Source: Centroscyllium fabricii (lineage: Eukaryota). From it: a DNA stretch of 64,000 nt. This document shows positions 12,649-24,684 of this stretch, piece by piece. Made by a program: the position numbers and the translations under genes. Positions within the stretch are counted from its first letter, which is position 1, and each line of letters starts with the position of its first letter. Location: contig JBNRSN020000021.1 in the NCBI GenBank assembly GCA_051313645.2, positions 66,464,001 through 66,528,000 of the forward strand. The letters are read 5' to 3'. The notes beneath the pieces are model-generated. The model was not told where the DNA came from and searched no databases. It was given only the letters and a program-made list of their open reading frames with translations.

Positions 12649-13877
12649 CTAAGCAAATCTGGCCAGGATGAGTGCGTTCCTTGCATTCCGGGCAGCAATG
12701 TTTTCGCTTAATGCTGCCGCTGGTTGATGGGCCACTGCAGGATCTTCATTTTTGCCCTCCTCCTCCTCCTTCTCCTCCTCTGAGGAGGATATGTGAGGAG
12801 CCACTTGATCCTCAGGAATCCGCATGCTATGATGCTGTGCCATGTTGTGAAGTACGCAGCATACCACGATGATTCTGGAGACCCTGGCTGCTGAGTACTG
12901 TCGGGCTCCACCTGATCTATCGAGGCATCTGAAGCGCATCTTCAGCAAACCGATGGTTTGCTCTATAATGGATCTGGTGAAAATGTGGCTGGAGTTGTAG
13001 CGCTCCTCAGCTTCGTTGGCTGGCCTCCTCAACAGCGTCATTAGCCACGTCCTCAGAGGATAGCCCTTGTCTCCAATTAGCCATCCATTAAGTTGGTCTG
13101 GTGGACTGAAGAGTGGAGGCACACTAGACTGGCGCAGTATGAAGGAGTCATGACAACTGCCTGGGTACATCGCACAAACATGCAACATTTCCTTCTTGTG
13201 GTCACACACCAGCTGAACGTTGAGGGAGTGGAAGCCCCTGCTGTTGACAAAAATACCTAGATTGTGATGGGGTGCCCTAAGGGCCACATGTGTGCAGTCA
13301 ATGACACCCTGCACCCTTGGAAAGCCTGCCAGATGAGCTAATCCAACCGCTCACGCCGTGACACTTGCTTGATCCTTGGTGAAATGGATGTGATTGTGCA
13401 CGAGGGCAAAAGGGGCATCGGTTACCTGCGTGATGCAAATGTGTGCGGCTGCCTGGGAAATACCGCTGATGTTTGCTGCTGATCCCTGGAATGAGCCTGA
13501 AGCAAAACTGTTGAGTGCGGTGGTGACTTTGATGGCCACTGGTAGTGGTTGTCCACCTGGTCCTCTGGGCAGCAGGTCTTGCTGTAGCATTGCGCAGATG
13601 TCAGTCACTACCTGTCGCGAAAGTCAGAGCTGCCTTTGGCACTGCCACTCAGACATGTTGAGGTAGCTGACCCTGAGTCTGTAGACCCTGTTTGGGGTTA
13701 TCTCCTGCGCCAACGGGCTTCCAGGCCCTGGCCCCTTCTGGCCTGTGCAGCTTCAGGTGGGTGAGCAGCAGCCTGGTGCTCCTGCTGCTGCTGCTGTTGC
13801 TGCTAATGATGTTCCTGGTTCTCCTGGTGCTCGAGCTCCTCTAATGCCCAGATGGGAAGGAAATAAATGGCTCCCAT
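12649..13877 (-). pseudogene. Harbinger (HARBI1-like) DDE transposase, disrupted
   Basis: [49 protein letters not shown]; stops in the N-terminal half. Confidence 0.9.
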
Positions 13878-14469
13878 GCTTCTGGTGTATGCCTCCGTTG
13901 AGGAAGCGCTGAGTGAAGGTGGTGAGAGGGGTTTCCCAGGAGGTCACACTGGAAATGGGTGTGAGGCTCCAAACTTCCACAGGTGTGGTTAAGCCTTCTA
14001 AAAGTGGCCCCAGACCTGAGACCAATAAGTCCTGCCACCTGCAAATCATGGCTGTTCAAATCTCCTCTTTAATGGTTGACCTGCAGTTGATAGTCAGCAA
14101 TCCAATAGTGCTCCCAGCAGGTTTCACAGGCATGATTCCCACCAGGCGTGTTTTACGTGGGAAAAGGGTTAAAGTTGCAAGGGCCTGTTAAAATAGGATT
14201 ATAGAGGCCATTTAGTGGTAATTAAGTGTCATAAAGACCAGTCCTGCTTGTTGGATGCGGGACATAGTCAGGACCATCAGACACGCCTGAGTTAAAATTG
14301 CTCGGTGTCGGGAACCAGGCGGTGGTGGGGGGGGGGGGTGGCGTGGTGTCCTGCCCGCCAGACCCCCTGCCATTCTTTGCGATTTTAACCCCCCACACGC
14401 CTTAAAGCCCGCCTCACGGCCCAATGAAAATCAAGGCTGATGTCTTGCTTTTATTTTTCTTTAAATCTC

Positions 14470-14725
14470 CCTGATGGTTCAATGATTCAATCGAGTGAGT
14501 AGTTGAACCACACGGACCAGGAAGGTTCAAAGTTGAATCCTCAGTCTTTGCTGGGTTGGTTGGTCTCAGCTGGGGAGATGGTTGCAGCACAATTGGCCTC
14601 AGCACTCCTGGGTTAGGAAGGAGGAAATTGGCCTGGTTTTCTGATTGCTATCCAATCGCCTGCTGCAAGTGCATGTGTCTGGATTTTAGGCAAGAACAAG
14701 ATTGGGCTAAGCAGTGATACTCCAG
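14470..14725 (+). mobile_element. Old tRNA-derived SINE of unassigned family (partial second copy near 58310-58420, minus)
   Basis: Degenerate B-box region followed by TCTCAGCTGG...CAATTGGCCTCAGCACTCCTGGG...GCTATCCA; similar sequence reversed near 58320. Confidence 0.45.
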
Positions 14726-15405
14726 TGATTAAGTAGCTTGCCAACAATCACTGTCAAGACTTGCACCTGAATATAGGTAAAAGCCTTCAGGAAGAGAGGG
14801 GAGAAAATTGGCAAAAAAATACACATTTGTATTGAATTTCTGCCAAATAAGAAACAAACACACCATGTCAGTATCTTCCCATCATGTTTCACATCAATTA
14901 CAGGGTAATGAACTTATTGTGTAGAAGGTCTCCTGTAGAAACACAGAGCCCACTGAAACACAGAGAAACACCTGTTTAAGGGTTTTGGCAGGCGTGAAAG
15001 TGCAGCTGATTCAGTCATTCATTCTGAGCTTCGGTGTCTGCTGTTGGGTGGTTTATTAGCTATTGAATCTTTGTTCAAACAAAATCTCATTTTCTCACTG
15101 GTCTACAGGACAAATCATAGAATCATAGAATCCCTACAGTGCAGATAGAGGCCATTTCGGCCCATCGAGCCTGCACCGACACATATCCCACCCTATCCCC
15201 GTAACCCCACATATTTAATCCCCCTAACACTAAGGGTCAATTTATCATGGCCAATCAACCTAACCCGCACATCTTTGGACTGTGGGAGGAAACCGGAGCA
15301 CCTGGAGGAAACCCACGCAGACACGGGGAGAATGTGCAAACTCCACACAGATAAATGCAAGAAGTCACACAACACCAGATTATAGTCCAACAGTTTTATT
15401 TTAAA

Positions 15406-15443
15406 TCACAAGCTTTCGGAGCTTCTGCCCCTTCGTCAGATGA
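15406..15443 (-). ncRNA. Minimal hammerhead ribozyme motif
   Basis: UCAU CUGACGA A GGGGC-AGAA-GCUCC GAAA GCU U GUGA. Confidence 0.7.
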
Positions 15444-15860
15444 AAGAGAGACTGACTTAAAGAACGCACATGTGTGATGAAGAGAGAAATCTGATATCTC
15501 CCACATCTCACCTCAGTAGAGCTAGACACACAAAGGCTTATTAACATATTTTAAGTGTTTCATTTAAACATAGCATATACAGAGAGAGATAACAATGTGG
15601 TCTCTCCAGTTGTTTCACATCACACCTCAGCTGAGGGACATCAAAGCAGTCAAAGGTTTTCCAACATATCAAAGGTTGCAGTCACAAAGGGTCAAACTGG
15701 AGAGACCACATTGTTATCTCTCTATATATGCTATGTTTAAATGAAACACTTAAAATATGTTAATAAGCCTTTGTGTGTCTAGCTCTACTGAGGTGAGATG
15801 TGGGAGATATCAGATTTCTCTCTTCATCACACATGTGCGTTCTTTAAGTCAGTCTCTCTT

Positions 15861-15898
15861 TCATCTGATGAAGGGGCAGAAGCTCTGAAAGCTTGTGA
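15861..15898 (+). ncRNA. Minimal hammerhead ribozyme motif
   Basis: UCAU CUGAUGA A GGGGC-AGAA-GCUCU GAAA GCU U GUGA. Confidence 0.65.
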
Positions 15899-16993
15899 TT
15901 TAAAATAAAACTGTTGGACTATAATCTGGTGTTGTGTGACTTCTTGCATTTGTCCACCCCAGTCCAACACCGGCATCTCCACATTATGTCCACACAGATA
16001 GTCACCCGAGGCCGGATTTGAACCCAGGTCTCTAGCGCTGTGAAGCAACAGTGCTAACCACTATGCCACCGTGCCGCCCTGTGGCAAAGAGGCTTTCAGG
16101 TGCACTGCAAACCAAACCCCACCCATTCTGCAATCCCCACTTCAGGATGGATCTCCTGTGCTTCAACATGTCAAATATGTTAAAAAGTTAAAGACTGAAA
16201 GAGAGAGAAACATAATGCAGTGAAAGAGACAAAGGATAGAGTGCAAAATGCAATTGGACAGCAGCATTCTAGATCTCTAAGTTGTTGCATTCTGTGCTCC
16301 TCCAAATCATTACCCGAGGTCTATATTCAACAAACATTCAGTAGCTACCCAGAGATCCAAGACAGAAAGAGAAAGGCAGGGCAAAACAAAATAGGGAAGT
16401 AGAGAGTAAGGCAAGAGAAACAGAGACAGAGAGAGCCTTGATGTGGAAGGAGAGATGGAAAGAAAGGAAACACCCCCAGAATATTTACAAATATATATTC
16501 AAATTATTGAAAAAGTTGTAAGTATATGACTAATTTGTACACAATATAAATTTAAGCTGGATAATATCAGAACAGATAAAACAAATATATACCTTCATTA
16601 ATAAAGAGCTGACTGTTTTGTTGATCTGCTAACATTAAAATTGTAAATCTACCGCAGTAGACTGCTTGGGAAATGTTTAAGTTTTAATTCTGGTTTTATT
16701 TTGGTTGCAGTTATAATGAAGTTATCTCTCACACTTGGAGCCAAAAGCCAAGCCAATGGTGGTTTGGCTGCAGTTAGGATGCACAGTTTGCATTTCTGTG
16801 AAGCTGAAACCGATCTGTATCAATACACAGCAAACTACCCTGCAAAACTCTTTACTATAATCATTGTATTGGCACTATCTAATGTTCCTTTTGTTTTGCG
16901 AAAGTAATACCTTGGATAATTTCAGTTCTGGTGCATGGGAAATGCTTTTATTTTTTTGCCTTGGGTTGAGATAACCTTTAAAAAAACCACATT

Positions 16994-17755
16994 GGCCCAG
17001 AAATTGCAGTGGAGCCTTCGTGCGGGTGCAGTACCTGCTTAACGCACATGAACTGCCCATAATCAGGTTTGCGTTTTTGCACTCAGAAATTGCAGTTAGC
17101 CCAGCCTGTCAGAGCTCCCTGCGAGTTTCATGGGCATCTGAAGGGCGTAATTAGTGCGAGATGGCTTTTGAGACCACGTGATTGGCAGGGAGCCAATCAG
17201 TGGAACCAATTCTCCGTTCAAAACTTCCACTGAGAAATCTGTGCGAGTTCTGAAAGGAGAGATTGCCCAAAAGACATCTAAACAAAAATAAAATTTTACA
17301 AACACCACATTTTTTTAACATTACCCCAACTAACACAAATAACCTATTTTAAAGAAAAAATTAAAATTTACAGAAATTTTTTTCAACTTCCAACAGGTCT
17401 AAAAAAATACTTACCTGTCTTTAAAGTTATCAACAATTAAAAACCTGAAAAAACAACAATTAAAATCAATAAAATACACACTTACCAGATAAAAATGGCT
17501 ACTTACGACTGCTTTTTCCCAGCGTAGAAAATCCTGGTCTTGGTCCGTAGAAAAACGTAAAAAAAATATTGGAATGTCTGGACGCACCCGTAGTTCGATG
17601 CTTCCTGCGCTGGACCTCACAGGAACTCCAACCCCCCCGCTGGCCAGCATAGAAAAACCCGAAGCTGCGCTACCGTCTGCTTCCTGCGGGTTTAAGCTCT
17701 GGTGCGCTTGCACCAGAGCTTAAACCCGATATGGGCAGACTGGAATTTCTGGCCC
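16994..17755. mobile_element. Harbinger-like MITE
   Basis: TIRs GGCCCAGAAATTGCAGT and ACTGGAATTTCTGGCCC; no coding capacity; CpG-rich. Confidence 0.75.
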
Positions 17756-17887
17756 AATATCATAATTAAAGTTCAGTAGTGAACTCCTGAGCACAAGCCA
17801 AGTGTACTGATCAAGTACCGCAATGCTTTGGAATGGGTCATCTTGTGAAGGAAGAAGCCATATAACCTCTTCAGAAAAATACACTAA

Positions 17888-18608
17888 TCTGGGTGTCCTT
17901 GTGCACCAGTCGCTGAAGGTAAGCATGCAGGTGCAGCAGGCGGTTAAGAAGGCAAATGGTATGTTGGCCTTCATAGCGAGAGGGTTTGAGTACAGGAACA
18001 AGGATGTCTTGCTGCAGTTGTACAGGGCCTTGGTGAGACCACATCTTGAGTACTGTGTGCAGTTTTGGTCACCTTATCTGAGGAAGGATGTTCTTGCCAT
18101 AGAAGGAGTGCAGCGAAGATTCGCCAGGCTGATAACTAGGATGGCAAGAATGACATATGAGGAGAGATTGGGTCGATTGGGCTTATACTCGCTGGAGTTT
18201 AGAAGACTGAGAGGGGGTCTCATTGAAAAAAATAAAATTCTAACAGGACTAGACAGACTAGATGCAGGAAGGATGTTCCTGATGGTGGGGGAGTCCAGAA
18301 CCAGGGGTTGCAGTCTAAGGATAAGGGGTAAGCCATTTAGGACAGAGATGAGGAGGAACTTCTTCACCCAGAGAGTGGTGAACCTGTGGAATTCTCTACC
18401 ACAGAAGGCAGTTGAGGCCAATTCATTAAATATATTCAAGAAGGAGTTCGATATATTTCTTAAGGCTAAAGGGATCAAGGGATGTGGGGAGAAGGCAGGA
18501 AAAGGGTACTGAGTTTGGATGATCAGCCATGATCTCATTGAATGGCAGAGCAGGCTCGAGGGGCTGAATGGCTTACTCCTGCTCCTATCTTCTGTGTTTC
18601 TATGTTTA
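17888..18608 (+). mobile_element. CR1 LINE 3' fragment
   Basis: LYRALVRPHLEYCVQFWSP...FFTQRVVNLWNSLP followed by CR1 tail. Confidence 0.92.
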
Positions 18609-20099
18609 TGAAAGAATTCTGGCCTTATTAAAACACAATAAACTGGGTTTGGAAATTTAGAAACCTAACTATGAAATAGATATGAAAGAATTCTGGCTAT
18701 TGAGATAAGACAGTTGTTGACCCTGAATTAATAACCTTATTGAAACAGAAGGTGCATGGCTCTGACAGGCTGACCTTTGGGAATAAAAACAATGGTTCAC
18801 CTTGGATAAGGTGTTCTAATTTAAACTTCGTAAAGATGGCACATAAGATAAGAAACATCTGCCCTCGTAAAGATGACATAAAATAAGGAACACCTGCCTT
18901 TCACACCATTCTATATGTTCACCTTCGAACACCTGGAGATGAAACAAGATTCTGGCTGATGTAGCAGTAAGAATTGCAGAGGTTGGCAGAAAGAGGAATA
19001 GGGATAATCGACTTGCATCAGCAGAAAACCTTAAAGGAATTACAACTGGAAAAGGGTATAAATATTGAAGTTTCAAATCTGATATCAGACTCGCTTTAAT
19101 CAGGCAAAGCAATTCTCAACCACAGAGGCGGCTCTGTAGTCTCCAACTCTTCGTACCTCGGGGACCAAACGTATTTGATATTGATGGATATCCTTTATAA
19201 GGAACCTTTAAAAACTGTAATATTATAGCAAAGTTAATATTTAAAAGTAAGATTCCCTGCTAAAAAGATTGTATGTTTTCTCTTTATAGAACTGTTAATG
19301 TTGCGATTGACTGATTCACCAACTGTAAATTGCATATTGGTTCTTTTAATAGATCACTATATATTTTTAAAATTGTCTCACATAAGTCTTCTGTAACAAA
19401 AATTCATGAACTCAATCGCTGTACACTCTTTGGTGAAGAGTTTCATTTCTGGGGAAGTTTTCCAGATGCTCATAATATCCGGAACGTTACAGCCTAGCTA
19501 AACTTATTAAAAGTGCTACATGGAGGACAGTAAAATTTTCAGGTTGTTCCTATCCTTTAGGGAGAGATAGCCCGGACCTTTATACCCAATTAAGCATCTT
19601 TAGGATTTGGCTACCTCAAACTTTAGTTGAAAATGAACGTCTGAGAAATATGCCTGATCCGGGGTAGCCTTAAAGGGGCTAGGGCTAGTAAATATCCCTT
19701 CAATCTGCAAGGATGCAGTGTTTCATTACTAGATGTGCCATTGCTGCTTTAACATAGAACTTCGTTTTATCCTGCTTCTGGGCACAGACTGGATGCTGCG
19801 CAGGTACCGTGCGCCCCAACTGGGAGGCCTGAAACCAGTGCAAAATTGGACATTGAGCCTCATTAACATTTTATGTGCTAGCGGACACCACTTGTCACAC
19901 CTCCACAAGCTGCTCGTGCATTGCCGATGCCAAATTTCAGGCAGCCTGCCTCACTGGCATCAGCCCGAAGGTAAGTCCCAGGCGAGAGGTTGGAATGGGA
20001 AACATGGATGGGGGGGTGCGCAGGTGATGGATCACAATAACTGTGGAGGCGGGGGAGCACACCTGCTCCTCCTATCTCCATAGACAGGTTTATTTTTAT

Positions 20100-20410
20100 A
20101 GCTGTTCTGGAACAGCTTGGCTAAGGAGATGCCTAGCTCTGGTCAGCAGCTCTTCAGCACCATATTCAGGATGTTGTCAGGTCCCATAGCCGTGTCTGTG
20201 TCTACTGCACTCAGCTTCTTTTTAATGTTACATGTTGTGAACCAGATTGCCTTGACATTGGCGTCAATTGTGTTGGGTGCTTGGGAGAAAGCCAAGTAGG
20301 AGCATTGACTCAGCACCTTTGGCTGAGCTTACAAGCACTTCAGTTTTGTCTCTTGTATTCATGTGCTAGGCTTTATCATGTTTGAAGATGTGGAGGTTCA
20401 TGGAGCCTGC
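20100..20410 (-). mobile_element. Decayed fragment related to the 4385-7607 LINE
   Basis: Aligns by eye with 5772-6085 (CTGGAACAGCTTGGCT...GATGTTGTCAGG.CCCATAGCC). Confidence 0.65.
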
Positions 20411-20994
20411 TAGTTAGTTACCTATTTGTAAAATGGCAGCTTCCATACTGAATTTGATTTTGCTAATCATATTAAAATAAGCAGCTGCATGGTCAGTTTT
20501 CTTTTTACTGAATGTTTGCTCATCAAGGTGGTAAATGTTAATGGATCAAATGGAACATTTTATCATTTTAGGTACTCATTGTGAGTACCAAGTTTGGGTA
20601 AAGCCCCTCTACTTTGCCCATAAAATGTGCCTTAATGCCAACCTCAGAAAGCATCTGTCTCCCTTGTCATTGCGACATTCCACTGACAGCCATTCTATGC
20701 CCTTTTTGAGTAGGGCAATTTAGTTCCAATTAGTGCCAGATTAAGGGCAGTTTTGTGCTTTGAACTATGCCCTCCAGGAGCTGAGTTGAAGCTGTCCAAA
20801 TTAATTTCAGTTTGGACCCTTATGGCCTTACTGTATTGATATAGCATTGTGTTTAAATTCATGTATCTGCAGTACTGACAGAGCAAATTTGTAACCTTCA
20901 ACTTGTGGACAAATGCCAATTGTACTTCTTATGTAGTGAGTAAAGTGAATAGGTGGCAGGAGAGGCTACACTTGTAAATGATTATGGTGGGTGG

Positions 20995-21057
20995 ACTCCC
21001 GTGCTCTTTTTCAAATAGTGTTATGAGATCTTTTACATCCATCTGAGAGAGCAGACA
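20995..21057 (-). mobile_element. Deu-domain SINE segment (continues at 32490-32517 and 36157-36278)
   Basis: Reverse complement of Deu core GTCTGCTCTCTCAGATGGATGTAAAAGATC...CACTATTTGAA; compare the copy at 57020-57430. Confidence 0.7.
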
Positions 21058-21707
21058 AATAGGCAGGAATGTTCTGGCGTCCATGCGGGCTGGATTGGAG
21101 GCGGGTCTGGAGGGAAATTTGAAATAACTTTAGTGGGTCGGAAACCCGCCGTCATCCTGCCCCCGTGCACCTTTCCCTCAAGCATGTTTGCCAGTGTGGC
21201 AGCAACCCGAACGGCAGAGGCGGCAGAGGTAATTTAGATCATTATGAGGTACTATCAGATCCTTAATTGTCATTTTAACTTTACCTTACAAATTTCAAAT
21301 TTCCCTGGATGACCACGGGAATCACACAGCTTGGGAATCATGTCTGTGAACCTGAGGCGGAAGTTAAGTGGCTATTGATTCAGCTCATTAGTGCACAGCA
21401 TGAAAAGCACAATTAATACTCCCACCTGACACCTAGTTACTTTCCCAAGGCAGATGCTGTTCCTGACTGCATTGTCAGCACAGCATTAGCTTTCTAGAGG
21501 TTGCAAGTCTTTTCAGCAAAGTGGGGATCCACTGTCACCTCATTGGTACCACCTATCACACCATTGACAGATTGCTTCTGTCATCGCTACTTGACCTGCC
21601 ATCTATTACATAAGCATGGGTGCTGTTTATACTGTCTCGCCTTGGTCCTCAGAATCGGACCTTGATGAGCTCCAACACCAGCAGCACCAGGCACACCAGC
21701 AGGACCA

Positions 21708-22111
21708 ACATAGAAACATAGAAGATAGGAGCAGGAGTAGGCCATTCGGCCCTTCGAGCCTGCTCCGCCATTCAATGAGATCATGGCTGATCATCCAAAC
21801 CCAGTACCCTGTCCCTGCCTTGTCCCCATATCCCTCGATCCCTATCGAGCCTGTACCGACACATATCCCACCCTATCCCCGTAACCCCACATATTCAATC
21901 CCCCTAACACTAAGGGTCAATTTATCATGGCCAATCAACCTAACCCGCACATCTTTGGACTGTGGGAGGAAACCGGAGCAGCCGGAGGAAACCCACGCAG
22001 ACACGGGGAGAATATGCAAACTCCACACAGATCGTACCCGAGGCTGGATTTGAACCCGGGTCTCTAGTGCTGTGAGGCAACAGTGCTAACCACTATGCCA
22101 CGGTGCCACCC
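21708..22111 (-). mobile_element. HE1-like V-SINE
   Basis: Same head, V core and CR1 tail as other copies. Confidence 0.9.
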
Positions 22112-22840
22112 AACACCACTAACTTTCTCCTCACCAACCTGATGCTGCACAGGACAGAGGGCATCTGCGCAAAGTTGCACCATACTGGAGGCGATATCCC
22201 AACACAGGGTATACAGGCAGAGGATGAGCTTCCTCAACATGACTGAGCAGCAGTGCCAAAGGAGGCTCAGGCTATCACGCCAGGTCATCGCAGACATTTG
22301 CAGATTGCTGGAGGAAGACCTGGAGTCCAGAGGAACGGGTGGACACACCTTACCAGTGGCTGTCAAAGTCACCAGCACCCTCAACTTCTTCACCTCAGGC
22401 TCCTTCCAGGGATCTGCAGCAGACATCTGTGGCATCTTGCAGTCGGCCACCCACAGATGCATCACACAGGTCACTGATGCCCTGTTTGACAAGTCAGCCA
22501 ATTATATCAACTTTGCCACTGATGAAGTCAGTATTACTGAGCGGGCACTCGACTTTGCCACTCTGGCTGGCTTCTCACAGGTGCAGGGTGTCATCGACTG
22601 CACACATGTGGCCATCAGGACACACCATCATCATCACCCAGGAGTCTTTGTCAACCGCAAGATCCTCCATTCCCTCAATGAGCAGCTCATCTCCAATCAC
22701 AGTAAGATCATCATGCGTTTGTGGGCCAAATTCCCTGGCAGCTGCCGTGATTCTTTCGTCCTGTGCCAGTCCACCCTCCCTCAGCTCTGCGCTCCTCCAA
22801 ACAGACTTTCTCGCTGGCTGCTTGAAGACAAGGGCTATCG

Positions 22841-23250
22841 ACGGTGGCACAGTGGTTAGCACTGCTGTCTCACAGCACTGGAGACCCGGGTTCAAATCCA
22901 GCCTCGGGTACTATCTGTGTGGAGTTTGCACATTCTCCCCGTGTCTGCGTGGGTTTCCTCCGGGTGCTCCGGTTTCCTCCCACAGTCCAAAGATGTGCGG
23001 GTTAGGTTGATTGGCCATGATAAATTGACCCTTAGTGTTAGGGGGTTTGAATATGTGGGGTTATGGGGATAGGGTGGGATTTGTGTCGATGGAGGCTTGA
23101 TAGGGATTGAGGGATATGGGGAGAGGGCAGGGGCGGGGTACTGGGTTTGGATGATCAGCCATGATCTCATTGAATGGCGGAGCAGGCTCGAAGGGCTGAA
23201 TGGCCTACTCCTGCTCCTAGTTTCTATGTTTCTATGTCTATGTTTCTATG
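22841..23250 (+). mobile_element. HE1-like V-SINE
   Basis: Same family, plus strand, inserted just after DKGY. Confidence 0.9.
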
Positions 23251-24684
23251 ACACCCCTGAGGAGGTCAAGTACTGAGGCCGAGGAGTGATATAATGAAAG
23301 TGACATTTCAACCAGCAGTGTCATAGAGCAAACAATAGGCATATTGAAAATGCGCTTTAGATGCTTTGATAGATCTGGAGCAACCCTTCAGCACACAGCA
23401 GCCAGGGTCTCCAGAATCATCATGGTCTGCTGTGTCCCGCACAACATAATGCAGCAGCGAGGATTAGCGCTGCATGAGGAGCAAGGCTCTGAGCGCACAG
23501 GAGGAACCTGCGGTCCAGATGTCACCAGAATCCGAGCATATTGTTGCCCGGAAGGCCAGGGATGGGCTCATCATGGCCCGATTTATTTAACTTCATGCAT
23601 TACACCCATATGACTACCACATGCTGTGCCAGGTTCCTGCTGCCCCACAGCAACACCATAAAGCATCGCTACCATGACCAGACCATTCCAATCACACTGA
23701 CAACCATTGCTGGAGGTAACATTATGTCTCACCATTCACTCCAACTCACTAAGCCACTTCCAAAGTTGCAGACACAATTGGCACAGTGGTGAAAATAAGA
23801 ATTTTTATCTGAGACATCTCATTGATGGAAACTTCACACAAATAGTTATTAAAACACTCAAGTGCTTAACCTTGTGCATCTACTTGAGTGTTATCTTTCC
23901 CTTATGCATGCTTCTACGAGGTGCTACCCCTATGGCTTCAGCAGAGGTAGAGGCAGTCTGCTCACTTCCCCGCTGCGACTGCATAGACACTTTTGGAGGA
24001 TGTTCTCTGGGTCTTGAAGCCTGTGATGGCCCCGCCAAAGTCTGCTCCTCCTGCGATTGGTCGGGAGCAGACTTGGCCATCGCGATCCCGGGAGGCATGC
24101 GGGGCTCTGACTGCGGGGGAGTCAACAGGGGTGAAGCGTGAGCACTTTGAGAGGAGCCCCCACTTCCATGTTCCCTCTCACAGTCATCCCTCTCATGGGC
24201 CACCCACACTTCCCTGCTAGTAAGGGGCTGGGGAGCACCTTGCTGCACAGCAGTGGGGCCATGAGGACCCAAGTGTACATTGACATCTCTCCTAGAGAGG
24301 AGGTATATTAGCGTCTGCTATCTATTCTCCATAGATTCCATGTGTTCCTGTGAGTGGTACATTAACTGCTCAATGCAGGTGGCCATCCTATCCATCGAAG
24401 AGCCTACAGTTGCCATCACCTGTGACATGGTGGTGCTCATGTTGGTGATGGACTCCTCCATTCTCTGCACATTTGCAGACATCGCAGTTGCAAAACCTGC
24501 CAAAGCCTCCTGCACTTCTTGCTGCACGTCCAGGATTGCCCTTTTTCTGGAAGGCCCTCAAGGCTCAGCGTCTGAATGCAGCAGAGCAGAGCTGGGAGTG
24601 TCCTGCGCCCACTGGCGAGGAGTCTTCACTGCTGTCCCTGTCGCCACCATCTGCTCTTGCTCACTTGTGACTCATAGAGTCATA

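Larger units (their letters stand above)
10127..14438. mobile_element. PIF/Harbinger DNA transposon 1 (convergent Myb/SANT gene and transposase, decayed)
   Basis: Two-gene convergent layout; degenerate TIRs GGGGGTGATTTTA and TGAAAATCAAGGCT. Confidence 0.85.
15354..15988 (+). mobile_element. Penelope-like element 3' end with ~255-bp inverted duplication and two hammerhead motifs
   Basis: 15353-15611 is the reverse complement of 15697-15950; same sequence flanks GIY-YIG/RT coding sequence at 62717-64000. Confidence 0.85.
15115..16079 (-). mobile_element. HE1-like V-SINE (alternative tail) split by a Penelope insertion
   Basis: V core broken at 15353/15989 with a 12-bp duplication TCCACACAGATA; tail (ATTCTATG)n. 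Confidence 0.88.
21616..23590 (+). pseudogene. Harbinger transposase interrupted by two V-SINEs
   Basis: MGAVY start; [34 protein letters not shown] motifs. Confidence 0.88.

Noticed and set aside
12649-13877. Host HARBI1/NAIF1 genes
   Set aside because: Stops, frameshifts, TIRs and convergent transposon layout indicate decayed transposon copies
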